A stretch of 62,196 bases of DNA. It comes from an uncultured Planctomycetia bacterium (GTDB taxonomy: Bacteria; Omnitrophota; Gorgyraeia; Tantalellales; Tantalellaceae). A program made the position numbers and the translations under genes. The notes below the pieces were generated by a model, which worked only from the letters and a program-made list of their open reading frames with translations, made no database searches and was not told where the DNA came from. Shown here in pieces: positions 29,101-37,915 of this stretch; position 1 is the stretch's first letter; every line of letters begins with the position of its first letter. The DNA lies in the NCBI GenBank assembly GCA_964527765.1, contig CAZGQR010000007.1, positions 38,100 through 100,295 on the forward strand, in the 5' to 3' direction.

Positions 29101-32100
29101 ACCGTATCTCGGAAGAAGCTATATCCAGGTCCTGGGAGCGGTTTTTCCCGAACTCGACCTTGACCCCCTGGGTTTTCAGCTGAACTGGTCCACCGAAGAA
29201 AAAGCCCTGGAATCGGTAAGATACGTCCTGAAGAGAGAAGCCCCTCACCTCGTGGACGCCTACGAAAACCTGGAGAACCTCTCCGGCCGGCAGAGAGAAG
29301 CCCAGATAGAAGACCTGAAAGGCAAGATATACAGGGTAATGCATGCCCATTTCCAGGTCTGGGGACTGGGCGCCATCATCAACAAAAAAATGGATTTTCT
29401 GGGGGGAAGCTTCATTACCGCCCTGATAAAGACATTCCCCGAACTTGACCTCGATCCCCTGGGATTCCAGCTCAAGTGGTCGACCAGGCGGGAAAGCATA
29501 AGATCGGTAAAGTTCGTGCTGAAAAGAGAAGTTCCCCACATAATGGAGAGATACGCGAACCTGGATGATCTCGATGAAGCCGAAATAGAAAGGTTAAAAG
29601 AAGACATATGCCTGATAACCTCAGCGCACTTCAAGGTCTGGAACCTGGCCCGCGTCCTGATCAGAAAAGCCGTACCTTATTTCAGAGGGAGCTATATCAG
29701 GGTCCTGCTGGCCGTATTCAAAGACGAGAGGCTGGGCCTCAGCGAGGAAGAGATAAGAGAGTTCAGGAAGCGCCGTTTCCAGAAACAATACTCCTGGCGG
29801 GAAGGGAAAGAGGCGGCGATAGCCAACATCAAGGACGCCCTGGAGCGCAACAGGCCCGATATCACTCAAAGATACGCCAAACTGAACGAGCTTACCCCGG
29901 AAAGAACAGAGAAATTGAAAGATGATATATACCGGATAACGGCGGGGCATTTCGGCGTGTGGGGCATCGACGCCGCTTTAAACAAAAAATATTCGGCTCC
30001 TTACTTCGGCGGCAGTTACATCAATGCCCTGATCGCCGCTTTCCCCGAACTCGGTCTCGATCCCCTGGGATTCCAGTTCAGGTGGTCAACCGAACAGGAA
30101 GGCATAGCTTCGGTAAGATTCGCCCTGGAAAGAGAAGTTCCCCACATAATGGAACGGTACAGGATGCTGTCCGCGCTCAGCGAAGACGAAATAGAAGAGC
30201 TGAAAAAGAAGATATACAAGATAACCAACGGACACTTTCTGATCTGGGGGATCAGGAGCGCCACCAACAGGCACAGAACGCCTTATTTCAAGGGGAGCCA
30301 TGTCAATGCCTTAAGGGCGGTATTCCCCGAACTCGATCTTGATCCCCTGGGTTTTCAGCTGGACTGGTCGAGCGAAGAGAGGGCGATAGCCTCGGTAAGG
30401 TTCGTCCTGCAAAGGGAAGCGCCCCATATAATCAGGGAATACGACGATCTGGCCTCCCTGGACCAGGGGCAGAGGGAACTGTTAAAAAGGCGGATATACA
30501 ATATAGATCAGGGGCATTTCCGGCTCTGGGGCCTCAACTGCGCCCTGAACAGCGCGCTGGTGCCTTATTTCGGGGGAAGCCATTCAAACGCCCTGATGAT
30601 GATGTTTCCCGAGCTTGACCTTGATCCCCTCGGTTTCAAACTGGACTGGTCAACCAGGAACAGAGGCATAGCTTCGGTAAGATTCGTGTTCATGAAAGAG
30701 GCCCCCCACATGATAGAACAATATGACAGGCTGGATAAACTGAACAAGAAGGAAATAGAAGAATTAAGGCAGGCCATCTATGGCATAACAATGGCACATT
30801 TCAGCGTCTGGGGGCTTTCCAGCGCCCTGGACAGAGACAAGACGCCGTACTTCAGGGGCAGCTACATCAATGCCCTGCTGGCGGTATTTGACGATCCCGG
30901 ACTGGGCCTGACCGGGGAAGAGTTTCGCGGGAAGCCGGCCGCGGAGACCGGTAAAGCCCCGCCTTCCGCCGCCAAAACCGCCCCCAGGTCCGCGCCCGCT
31001 GTCGACGAAAAGACCGCGGCCGCGAGGACAGCGAAGAAAATAATAAAGTGGTGCGAAACCGGCAGGGGCCTGAAGGCCGGCGACACCCTGGCGGCGAGGG
31101 TAGAAGGGGGGAGGTTCATACATATCCGGGCAGGAAGAAAAAAAGTCAAGCTGCCTTTTTACTCATGGAATAAAAAGGGGGAGGATATCGATGTCGTGCT
31201 CGTTGCCCGGAAAGACGTAAATCACGGCTTTGTTCTGAACTGTTACCGCGCCCGGGATTACCGCGCGGGGGACGCCTCCGTGCCCGAGGCCTCATTTATC
31301 TACTGTCCCGCCAAAAAGAAACCGCTCAGGATCCACCTGGGCGCTGCCGATATAGTGACGGTCTATCATTCCCGGCGCAGGATCAAATCGACGGGAAGGC
31401 CGTTCCGCACCCGGATAAATAAGGGCGGGGCCGTGCATGTTTCGACTTACAGCCGGAGGACCGGCTCGCTTATCCGGGCCAAACTGCTGGTCCTCAGAAA
31501 GAACCTCAGAGAAGGGGATCTCATCGGCAGGGAAGTGGTAGCGCTCGTCGAAGATGACAGGAACCACGGCCGGGTCATCAACGTCTATCTGGCCTCCGAA
31601 TACAACAACGGCAGAAGAGATAAGCCCGTGACCACTTACAAATATCATAAAAGACTGAAGCGCGGAAAATCCGTGCTGGTCGATCTCGCCGGCCTGGACG
31701 TGATAGCCGCCTACGAAGGCAGGAAACTGGAGCTGACCGGCAGGACGACCAGCGTAAACATCGAAAAGGGGAACTACGGTCACGGGGTCTGTTTTCTCTG
31801 GTTCATGAGCGGGACCCGCGATGAAAAGCGGGTGCAGTTCTCCATACCCAAGGAATACATGGAAAAAGGCGCCCTGGGAAAACCGGTCATCATAAGGGTG
31901 GAAAGGGACGTGAACCGGGGGCAGATCATCAACATCTACCTGGAGTCGGAATTCAACTCGCTGGACAACCCGGTCCCCTTAACCACTTACAAGTATTTCC
32001 CGGGACTGACCAGGCATTACAAGACCCTTACCAAGAGAGGCGTCTGCACCAACGTGGACCTGGCGGCTTTGGATATAAGAGACTACTATCGGGGCAAGAA

Positions 32101-35100
32101 CATAAAACCGGTCGCCGGCAGGGTCTTATCGGCGCCGATCACCTATTCCGCCCTGCATGATTCGTACAGGGCCGAGACCAAGAAAAGTTCCAGGTCATGG
32201 GAGGGCAGGATGATCTTTTCCCTGTCAGGAGAGGCCAACAGGATCTTTAAACCGGACAGTTTGCCCCAGGCCGCGGAAGTGGCCGTCAAGGAGGATCCGG
32301 ATTACGGGCCTTATATCGAAGTCTCTTACCGGGGGACCGTTCTTTCAACTTATTATTACTTAAAAGGTCCGGGTCAGTGTAAAACCGTCGATCTTTCAAG
32401 ACTGGCCCTTATCGATTACGCGTTGGGCAAAAAGAATGTCCACGGAAAGCCGGTGCGCCCGCGGCAATTCCGTTATCCGGGAAAAGTAACGGCCGGCGGC
32501 CGGGTGGGATTGGACCACCGGGACAGAAAATATACGGTGAAAAAGCTGGGAAAATCCCTGAAAGGCAAAGAGCCGGTTTTCGTCCCTGTGGAGGACGAGA
32601 AATACGGCTACCTGATCCAGGTCCATGACGCAGCGGAGTACGAGAAAAACACGGACAGGCGGCCCGAATGCGTTCTGCTGAAGGACGCCCGGACCGGCGC
32701 TCTCGTGCCTCCTTCCGTCAACCAGCAGGCCCAGCTGGAAAGAAAGAGACTGCTGGCGTCATTTATCAAAGATAAGGAAGCGATAAGACAGTTCGCCGAC
32801 CCGGAGGAGAAGCGGGCTTCGGTCCTTGAAGAGCTGGCGCGGTGTTCCGGACAGGAGCGTGAAGAATTGACCAAAGAGGTGAGCGAGATAGAGGAAAGGC
32901 CCGTAAAGGACGAGGAGGACCTGAGAACGGTCCTGGCCGGCTGGCTCGACGCCGGGCAGATGGCCGCGGTCTTGAACGCGGACAAGAGCGGGCTGCGTTT
33001 CAGGATAGAGGCCGGGGACATCAGGTCCTTTATCCATGTCGGCAGGGTCCGGCTGTTCCATCCCGTAAAAGTGCTGTCCGAATACATACATTACCAGGAA
33101 AACAAAAAGGAATTAATTGCCCGGCGGCAGTTAAAGGCGATCATACAGGCCCTGCACGATACCGATCCGGAAAAGTTCGCCGAATTCGCCAGGTTCATAA
33201 AAGATGAGGCGGGAGTCTCGGTCGGGGACGCTGATGAGGCCTGGAATGCCTGCAGGGAATGGTTCAACATCAGGACCTACGCGGAGCATCTCGGCCTGGA
33301 CCGCAATACCGTTAATAAGCTTATCATCGACCGCGACCTGAAGACATTCAGGATCGAAGCTTCCCGCGGCAAGCCCATCGAGCTGGTCTCGCCCAAAAGC
33401 GTTGACCGCACGGATAAGGAGATCAGGGACTTTTTAGACGACGTCGAGCGCTGGCATGAGGAGAACCTGGGAGCGGAGATAGAGATCCCCTCGCTCAAGG
33501 ATTTTTATAAGTGGACTCGGTTAATGGACTTACCGAAAATTTTCCCTTTTGTCGGGATATATACTTTCCGGAGGATGACGGACCTGAAGGCCTACAAGGC
33601 CCAGGTAAAACACCTGATCTTTCACGAGATCTACGTGCCGGCGGCGGAGGTGGCCAGGTTAAAGAAAGAAGTGGTCGATCTCCTCAGGGACAAAAAGACA
33701 TGGAAAACGATCAAGAAGCAAAAACTGGTTCCCCAGGGCCTGCCTCCCGGGGAACTGGATTACAGGCTCGCAAAGCGGATCCTCCGGCAGATCAGGAAAG
33801 AATGGCTGAGTATCGGGCAATTTTCCGCGAAGATCGGGCAATCGGACCAGACCGTAAGGACCCTTATCAGGCAAAAGGAAGTGGATCATGTCAAGCTGAG
33901 CATCTTCAGCTCCACCGGCGTCTACTACATAGCGCCGGAAGGCGTGAAAAAAATAAAGGACAAGGACAAAAAGAGCCTGGAGATCGCCCGCCGCTTCCTG
34001 GAAGAGAGATGCGGGGTAAAGACCGGCTCCCTGAGTAAGGTGAAAAGCCTGCTGGAGAAGCACTGCATGACCGCTCCCCAGGTCGCCGAGCGCCTGGGGA
34101 TCTGGCATCTTAAGCGCGCCAGTGCGCTACCCGATACCGTGGTCATAAGCTGGATCGGCAGCGAATCGCCCCTGGTCTACCTGCGAAAGCAGGATGCCGA
34201 AGAACTGATAAAGGGAGAGCAGGAAAAATTCAAGGCGGTAAAAGAGCAGATGGGGCGCTACAGCGACGTCTCCCATGTAAAGAACATAAGCGAACTCATG
34301 GAATTCCTGGAAAGCAGCTGGAAGACCGCCCGGCAATTGTCCGATGAACTTGGTTCGCCGTACTCCTCGATAATGGGAGCGTTCCACAAGGGCAGGATAT
34401 TCGCGGTCAGCACCGACTTCATCAATTACAAGAACAAGGTTTACTTTCCTCCTTCTACCAAAAGCATCGAGACCGCTCAGGAAGAACGGGAGCCGAAAGA
34501 AAAACAGGCAAAGCCCGCACCGGAAACTATCCGGGCGGAGCCCGCAGAGAAAGACCGCCTGAAAGAACAGCTAAGACGTTCCATTGCAGGAAAATTGAAA
34601 AAAGGCATTAACGATATAAAAGTAAATACCGGCTATCCCGGCCTGGTTAACATATACGATACATCGACCGGCGAGCTGATCGCACGCTTCAAGTATAGTG
34701 TCCGGCGTGATGACGAGTTTGGGATTACTATGTTTGTAAGCAGGCAGAATGTATATCAGTTTAAGCGCCACGGCATCATGAAGATAATACAAGCCTACCT
34801 TGTCCTCGTTCACAACGCCCGGACCATTTACTTTGACAGCGTTACGGATGACGGCATCAAATATGCCTACGGCTGTAAAGAGCAGGGATTTTTCAGCGAC
34901 GTGAAATTCTTTACTTCCGACAGTATCCGGGCGGTTGTTGATCGCCGCTATGCCGAACTTCTGTTAAAAGGGGAGAGCAATGTGTCGGCTGAATTTACCG
35001 CCGAAGATAAAGAGGCGCAGGACTTCATCGATACGGTCATCCTGCTCGCCGATGAAGCCAAAGGAAGAAAAGAGAAGATCATAATAGGCATCGACACCAG

Positions 35101-35605
35101 CTGGATACCCGGCATGCAAAGATCGGCCGTACAGGGGCTCCTGAACAAGCTGACCCACCTGTCGCAAAGAAGGGGCCTGAACAACGTCATCGTGGAAAGG
35201 GAGACGGGAGAAGACCTGTCGCGCCTGCTGTCGGAGAGGGCGGAAGAGACGGGCACTCCGCTTGCGAACATGATCATCCTCGGCGACCGGAAAGTGCTCA
35301 AGTCAAACGCGTTCGATCCGCTAAGGAACCCCGCAGGGGAGAAGACCGGGGCATTCTTCGCCGAGATAGTCCTGCCGGAGGATTTCCCGGAAACCGGCTA
35401 CGTACGGCTCCTTGAAATGCTCACGATAGCGCTCGACCTCGCTTTTGGAGAACAGGCGTCACTGGGCGATCCCTACATCAGGATAGTCAAGGATGCCGAA
35501 AGAACCGTTCAATTCATGCCCTTGCCCGACGCCAAACCCCTGGGACTCGACGATCTTAAAAAGAAATACCAATATCAGGCGCGAGTCGTAGCAGCCGCGG
35601 CATAA
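26144..35605 (+). CDS. giant multi-repeat protein (3153 aa) with N-terminal signal-anchor
   Basis: Uninterrupted 9.46-kb ORF. N-terminus KHRLWFRVVALSMVCLFMLNDISFAAP. SAM-methyltransferase-like segment, TPR-like segment, 8 x ~97-aa repeats, a beta-rich repeat array, HTH-like repeats, and a C-terminal tail ...ARVVAAAA. Confidence 0.85.
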   Translation: MRQNYIKHRLWFRVVALSMVCLFMLNDISFAAPAGMGQKPHHALCPASRFNPTSEIFREDAGGLYISCLIGRVLHRYGSGISANGLKRFIEKHISHIGDTDFKWRELYKEGATFCVPFRRKGGGKSRTFRYYLPGDRPAEALGKVSVPVGEGSARVIFEGQEKIAALKKELDEQETRFPLSSGTEKIYTIVGEVVKEMLGEKFKGTYWAAGCDVGPCGQIGGNWNFVSLSYDESADSGSFLAVLDNADEVKKAGYTPVSWDVTSMTLPEKIPRGSQDVALIKTTGVLWHDEDIRKGLWHLATVSLRDGGILIADKPLPEEYEKLYERITDWGGISGFSEIATVKFPDGSTFEYINDKVRLYKKKSTASFRGWRKFYRRLASYIKGFAADMRCRLLQSILPQLAPSVPMFLPFFPGIPDFLSANVLSGGMFLLAGGLEREEEDKTGGPGDSLQNGLNKLTELSELYDELLLGLKDLRAAAGDAEKISPMLKNLDSGLSGGVISDTKKLLSLLKKLEKSQAKSAEDLPAAAMMAVHDITDAALGCRYCLRQISSEFKGDRANLGRYNRMIFMKALLVRIEKACDGIFMGGRIDVDKTWVSFETETEPDSAFRRKKPAKAPKRPRPDKKRRRRAKKEYELPSEQVLAELQDLVGQEDYSSAEELLLGELDYDPENVHLLAELAHLYYQTDNFPQAKGICEQVLASDPDNFRAQDILLEISLTESMPEEEEEKAPALPKTEKEPMLPKPSAEMKRFAERYPDKNPPELLEILVAEEKWNLAGELINRIKSAQYAEGLDIESRYRIDDLEKIVAEATEEEDLEKGRYRWSTRRQAIKNIRYAVGANRPDIIQRYDNIDSLSPAQIEALRMDIYNISSGHFRLWGLNSIFVHPDYFGRSHSTALIAAFPGLDLDPLGFQLDRSSREKALGSARYVLKREAPHLVDAYDNLENLSGRQKEVQIEALREQVYRITHAHFQVWGLRRMQSSGKREPYLGRSYIQVLGAVFPELDLDPLGFQLNWSTEEKALESVRYVLKREAPHLVDAYENLENLSGRQREAQIEDLKGKIYRVMHAHFQVWGLGAIINKKMDFLGGSFITALIKTFPELDLDPLGFQLKWSTRRESIRSVKFVLKREVPHIMERYANLDDLDEAEIERLKEDICLITSAHFKVWNLARVLIRKAVPYFRGSYIRVLLAVFKDERLGLSEEEIREFRKRRFQKQYSWREGKEAAIANIKDALERNRPDITQRYAKLNELTPERTEKLKDDIYRITAGHFGVWGIDAALNKKYSAPYFGGSYINALIAAFPELGLDPLGFQFRWSTEQEGIASVRFALEREVPHIMERYRMLSALSEDEIEELKKKIYKITNGHFLIWGIRSATNRHRTPYFKGSHVNALRAVFPELDLDPLGFQLDWSSEERAIASVRFVLQREAPHIIREYDDLASLDQGQRELLKRRIYNIDQGHFRLWGLNCALNSALVPYFGGSHSNALMMMFPELDLDPLGFKLDWSTRNRGIASVRFVFMKEAPHMIEQYDRLDKLNKKEIEELRQAIYGITMAHFSVWGLSSALDRDKTPYFRGSYINALLAVFDDPGLGLTGEEFRGKPAAETGKAPPSAAKTAPRSAPAVDEKTAAARTAKKIIKWCETGRGLKAGDTLAARVEGGRFIHIRAGRKKVKLPFYSWNKKGEDIDVVLVARKDVNHGFVLNCYRARDYRAGDASVPEASFIYCPAKKKPLRIHLGAADIVTVYHSRRRIKSTGRPFRTRINKGGAVHVSTYSRRTGSLIRAKLLVLRKNLREGDLIGREVVALVEDDRNHGRVINVYLASEYNNGRRDKPVTTYKYHKRLKRGKSVLVDLAGLDVIAAYEGRKLELTGRTTSVNIEKGNYGHGVCFLWFMSGTRDEKRVQFSIPKEYMEKGALGKPVIIRVERDVNRGQIINIYLESEFNSLDNPVPLTTYKYFPGLTRHYKTLTKRGVCTNVDLAALDIRDYYRGKNIKPVAGRVLSAPITYSALHDSYRAETKKSSRSWEGRMIFSLSGEANRIFKPDSLPQAAEVAVKEDPDYGPYIEVSYRGTVLSTYYYLKGPGQCKTVDLSRLALIDYALGKKNVHGKPVRPRQFRYPGKVTAGGRVGLDHRDRKYTVKKLGKSLKGKEPVFVPVEDEKYGYLIQVHDAAEYEKNTDRRPECVLLKDARTGALVPPSVNQQAQLERKRLLASFIKDKEAIRQFADPEEKRASVLEELARCSGQEREELTKEVSEIEERPVKDEEDLRTVLAGWLDAGQMAAVLNADKSGLRFRIEAGDIRSFIHVGRVRLFHPVKVLSEYIHYQENKKELIARRQLKAIIQALHDTDPEKFAEFARFIKDEAGVSVGDADEAWNACREWFNIRTYAEHLGLDRNTVNKLIIDRDLKTFRIEASRGKPIELVSPKSVDRTDKEIRDFLDDVERWHEENLGAEIEIPSLKDFYKWTRLMDLPKIFPFVGIYTFRRMTDLKAYKAQVKHLIFHEIYVPAAEVARLKKEVVDLLRDKKTWKTIKKQKLVPQGLPPGELDYRLAKRILRQIRKEWLSIGQFSAKIGQSDQTVRTLIRQKEVDHVKLSIFSSTGVYYIAPEGVKKIKDKDKKSLEIARRFLEERCGVKTGSLSKVKSLLEKHCMTAPQVAERLGIWHLKRASALPDTVVISWIGSESPLVYLRKQDAEELIKGEQEKFKAVKEQMGRYSDVSHVKNISELMEFLESSWKTARQLSDELGSPYSSIMGAFHKGRIFAVSTDFINYKNKVYFPPSTKSIETAQEEREPKEKQAKPAPETIRAEPAEKDRLKEQLRRSIAGKLKKGINDIKVNTGYPGLVNIYDTSTGELIARFKYSVRRDDEFGITMFVSRQNVYQFKRHGIMKIIQAYLVLVHNARTIYFDSVTDDGIKYAYGCKEQGFFSDVKFFTSDSIRAVVDRRYAELLLKGESNVSAEFTAEDKEAQDFIDTVILLADEAKGRKEKIIIGIDTSWIPGMQRSAVQGLLNKLTHLSQRRGLNNVIVERETGEDLSRLLSERAEETGTPLANMIILGDRKVLKSNAFDPLRNPAGEKTGAFFAEIVLPEDFPETGYVRLLEMLTIALDLAFGEQASLGDPYIRIVKDAERTVQFMPLPDAKPLGLDDLKKKYQYQARVVAAAA
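28613..30925 (+). repeat. eight in-frame tandem repeats of ~291 nt (~97 aa) inside giant ORF 1
   Basis: Unit consensus WSxxxxxIxSVRFVLKREAPHIxxxYxxLxxLxxxxIExLKxxIYxITxxHFxVWGLxxALNxxxxPYFxGSYINALxAVFPELDLDPLGFQL. Units 2 and 3 share near-identical ~70-nt stretches (28921-28995 vs 29219-29293). Confidence 0.85.
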
Positions 35606-35619
35606 TCCCGCCTTCCCAT

Positions 35620-35648
35620 GGAACTTTTCTGAAAGACCCTTTGTCTAA
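35620..35648 (+). promoter_or_regulatory. ECF-sigma-type promoter (GGAAC-N18-GTCTAA)
   Basis: GGAACTTTT at 35620 and TGTCTAAGAT at 35642, about 24 nt before the CDS at 35672. Confidence 0.6.
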
Positions 35649-35671
35649 GATAGTAGAAAAGGGGGTGTATC

Positions 35672-36127
35672 ATGAAGAGACTATCGGTAATTTTGCTTGT
35701 TCTGGCGATCAGCATGACGCTCCTTTCGCCATGTTTGGCCCAGGAAAACTTCTCCGCGGCTATCATAAGATCGGGGCTTCTGGGGGCCGGGGCAGGAGCT
35801 ATCGGAGGGGCGGCGTCCGGCGCTAAGGGAGGCGACATCTGGAAGGGGGCCCTTGTGGGGGCAGGAGTGAATATTATAGGCGGGGCTCTTCTTGACTCGA
35901 TCACCCGGAAAACCACCGTGCAGACCCGGAGCTATGCCGCGCAGCCTCAGGCCTACGTCGTGCAAACGCAACCCGTAACATACTCGCAGCCCCAGGTATA
36001 TAGTACCCCTGTTGCACACAATAACACTAATAGCGCGCATAGCGATGCCTATCAAGAGGGGTATTATATGGGCTATAAAGAAGGGTATGCCCAGGGGTTA
36101 AAAGACGGCCTTAGGGAAAGCCAGTAA
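35672..36127 (+). CDS. secreted glycine-zipper protein
   Basis: Signal peptide. GLLGAGAGAIGGAASGAKGG...GALVGAGVNIIGGA. Tyr/Gln-rich C-terminus. Confidence 0.65.
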   Translation: MKRLSVILLVLAISMTLLSPCLAQENFSAAIIRSGLLGAGAGAIGGAASGAKGGDIWKGALVGAGVNIIGGALLDSITRKTTVQTRSYAAQPQAYVVQTQPVTYSQPQVYSTPVAHNNTNSAHSDAYQEGYYMGYKEGYAQGLKDGLRESQ

Positions 36128-36168
36128 GTCTTCCGGTGGATCGGAGTTTTGGCGCTTTCCCGCAGTTA

Positions 36169-36217
36169 TGCTATAATACGTGTAACTATGGAACTTTTTT
36201 CGTTTTTCACTGTCTAA
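36169..36217 (+). promoter_or_regulatory. tandem promoters of the sigma operon: extended -10 (TGcTATAAT) plus ECF-type GGAAC-N17-GTCTAA
   Basis: TGCTATAAT at 36169-36177. GGAACTTTT at 36190 and TGTCTAAAAT at 36211. Confidence 0.6.
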
Positions 36218-36234
36218 AATAGTGGACGGAAAAG

Positions 36235-36792
36235 ATGCAGAACATACCCGAAAATACACTGATAAGGGCCTCGGAAGGCGATATGGAAGCCTTCGAAGAG
36301 ATCTACAGGACAGCTTCCGGATATGTTTACACTATTGCCCTGAAGGTGACCGGGAACAGGGAAGATGCCGAGGAAGTCACACAGGACGTGTTCCTCAGCG
36401 TCCATAAGAATCTCGGGAGTTTTCGGTTCAGGTCCTCTTTTAAGACCTGGATATATAGGATCGCCACCAATAGGGCGATCAACTCCTACAGAAAGAGATC
36501 AAAGGAGCGCGGCAGGAAGGTGCCGTTCGATGACAAGATAGCCGCGGAAGAGGCAGGGGCGCCCGGGGTGAGCAGCCTTGACGAAGAACACCGTAAAAAA
36601 CTGGTAAACGCCATGCTTGAGAGCCTGCCGCTTGAGCAGCGCGCCTGCGTGGTCCTTAAAGATATCGAAGGGCTTAAGTACGAAGAAATAGCCCGCGTGC
36701 TCGGGATAAACATCAATACCGTAAGATCCCGGCTCAAAAGAGCGCGTGAAAAACTGGTCTCCCGGTACGGGGGGAGGGGGAGGAAGTCATGA
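36235..36792 (+). CDS. ECF (group IV) RNA polymerase sigma-70 factor
   Basis: Region 2 (EDAEEVTQDVFLSVHKNLGSFRFRSSFKTWIYRIATNRAIN) and region 4 (LPLEQRACVVLKDIEGLKYEEIARVLGININTVRSRLKRAREKL). Confidence 0.9.
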   Translation: MQNIPENTLIRASEGDMEAFEEIYRTASGYVYTIALKVTGNREDAEEVTQDVFLSVHKNLGSFRFRSSFKTWIYRIATNRAINSYRKRSKERGRKVPFDDKIAAEEAGAPGVSSLDEEHRKKLVNAMLESLPLEQRACVVLKDIEGLKYEEIARVLGININTVRSRLKRAREKLVSRYGGRGRKS

Positions 36793-37268
36793 AGTGCAAA
36801 AAAATACAAGAGCTGATCCTTACCGATTACACGGACGGAGAGATGACCGCATTCGACCGGCAAAAAGTGGCGGACCATATAAGGACGTGCGAAAAGTGCA
36901 GGGCGTTCGAGAAACGCCTTAAGGAGAACGTCGTCGCGCCCCTTCAGCGGACTGAACACGTTCAGCCGCCGGAAGAGGTCTGGTCGCGCATCAAGGGTGC
37001 GATCGAAGAGCCCGCGCGCGAAAGCGTCGCGGAAAGCGTCGCGGACTTCCTGAGGGGCCTTGTCGCCGTGAGAAAGCCCGTGCTTGTCGCGGCGTCCCTT
37101 CTTGTCCTGGTGCTTGTCGGAGGGATCTTCGCGAAGACGTACTTTACGGGGCGCGATACGGTGAACACGTACCTGGAAGAACAGATGGATTTCCTGGATT
37201 CGCTATATAACGGCAACGGCTATACGGATGAATATAACGCGTTCCTTACTGAAGATCTCTTTCTTTAA
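36789..37268 (+). CDS. anti-sigma factor, zf-HC2 type, single TM
   Basis: ATGA overlap with the sigma gene. HIRTCEKCRAFEKRL (Hx3Cx2C). TM segment VLVAASLLVLVLVGGIF. Confidence 0.8.
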   Translation: MKCKKIQELILTDYTDGEMTAFDRQKVADHIRTCEKCRAFEKRLKENVVAPLQRTEHVQPPEEVWSRIKGAIEEPARESVAESVADFLRGLVAVRKPVLVAASLLVLVLVGGIFAKTYFTGRDTVNTYLEEQMDFLDSLYNGNGYTDEYNAFLTEDLFL

Positions 37269-37270
37269 GC

Positions 37271-37299
37271 GGAACTTTTTTCGCTTCCTTCTTGTCTAA
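37271..37299 (+). promoter_or_regulatory. ECF-sigma-type promoter (GGAAC-N18-GTCTAA)
   Basis: GGAACTTTTTT at 37271 and TGTCTAAGAT at 37293, upstream of the Spy/CpxP-like gene. Confidence 0.6.
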
Positions 37300-37342
37300 G
37301 ATGGTGAGGAAGGAAAAGCGCTGACAAAAAAGGAGGCCGGAG

Positions 37343-37843
37343 ATGAAAACAATATTTAAACGATCTATGGTTTACATGAGCGTGGTGCTGATGCTTTTAG
37401 CCGCATCGACTTCATACGCTATGCCTGATTTTAAGGGCCCGCGGTCTGAAGGCAGAGAAGGGGAGAACCACGAGAAAAGATTCCAGGATATGACCGAGAA
37501 ACTGGATCTTTCCGAGGGGCAAAGGGAGCAGCTCAAGGCGCATCGCGACCAGCAGAAAGCCCGGATGAAAGAGCTGAAAGAGGAGCTAAGGACAAACTAC
37601 AAAACGCTCCGCAAGGAACTGGAAAACTACGATTCGGATGAAAGGATCGTGAAAGGCACCGCGGCAAAGCTGAAGACGATACAGGCGCAGCTTTTGGACC
37701 AGAAGGTGGATAATTTTCTCGCCATGAGAAAAATACTCACCCCGGAACAGTTCCGGAAGATGAGCGAGCTGAGAGAAGAAAGACGCGAGCAATGGCGCGA
37801 AAAGATGCAGAGCCGCAAGAAACACCCAGGCAAGCGTTTTTAA
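37343..37843 (+). CDS. periplasmic Spy/CpxP-family (LTXXQ) chaperone-like protein
   Basis: Signal peptide. LDLSEGQREQLKAHRDQ and LTPEQFRKMSELRE motifs. Confidence 0.75.
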   Translation: MKTIFKRSMVYMSVVLMLLAASTSYAMPDFKGPRSEGREGENHEKRFQDMTEKLDLSEGQREQLKAHRDQQKARMKELKEELRTNYKTLRKELENYDSDERIVKGTAAKLKTIQAQLLDQKVDNFLAMRKILTPEQFRKMSELREERREQWREKMQSRKKHPGKRF

Positions 37844-37868
37844 TATTTGCTTTGCCGCTTTATAAAAA

Positions 37869-37903
37869 ACCGGGACGGTCTATCAAAACCGTCCCGGTTT
37901 TTT
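37869..37903. terminator. bidirectional rho-independent terminator
   Basis: ACCGGGACGG (37869-37878) pairs with CCGTCCCGGT (37889-37898). Flanked by an A-run upstream and a T-run downstream. Lies between convergent genes. Confidence 0.8.
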
Positions 37904-37915
37904 ACGGTCCTCAAA

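Noticed and set aside
26285-29539. Several 100-250-aa minus-strand ORFs inside giant ORF 1 (for example 26285..27040 and 28835..29539)
   Set aside because: They are antisense shadows of an uninterrupted 9.46-kb ORF. Their repetitiveness simply mirrors the sense-strand repeats.
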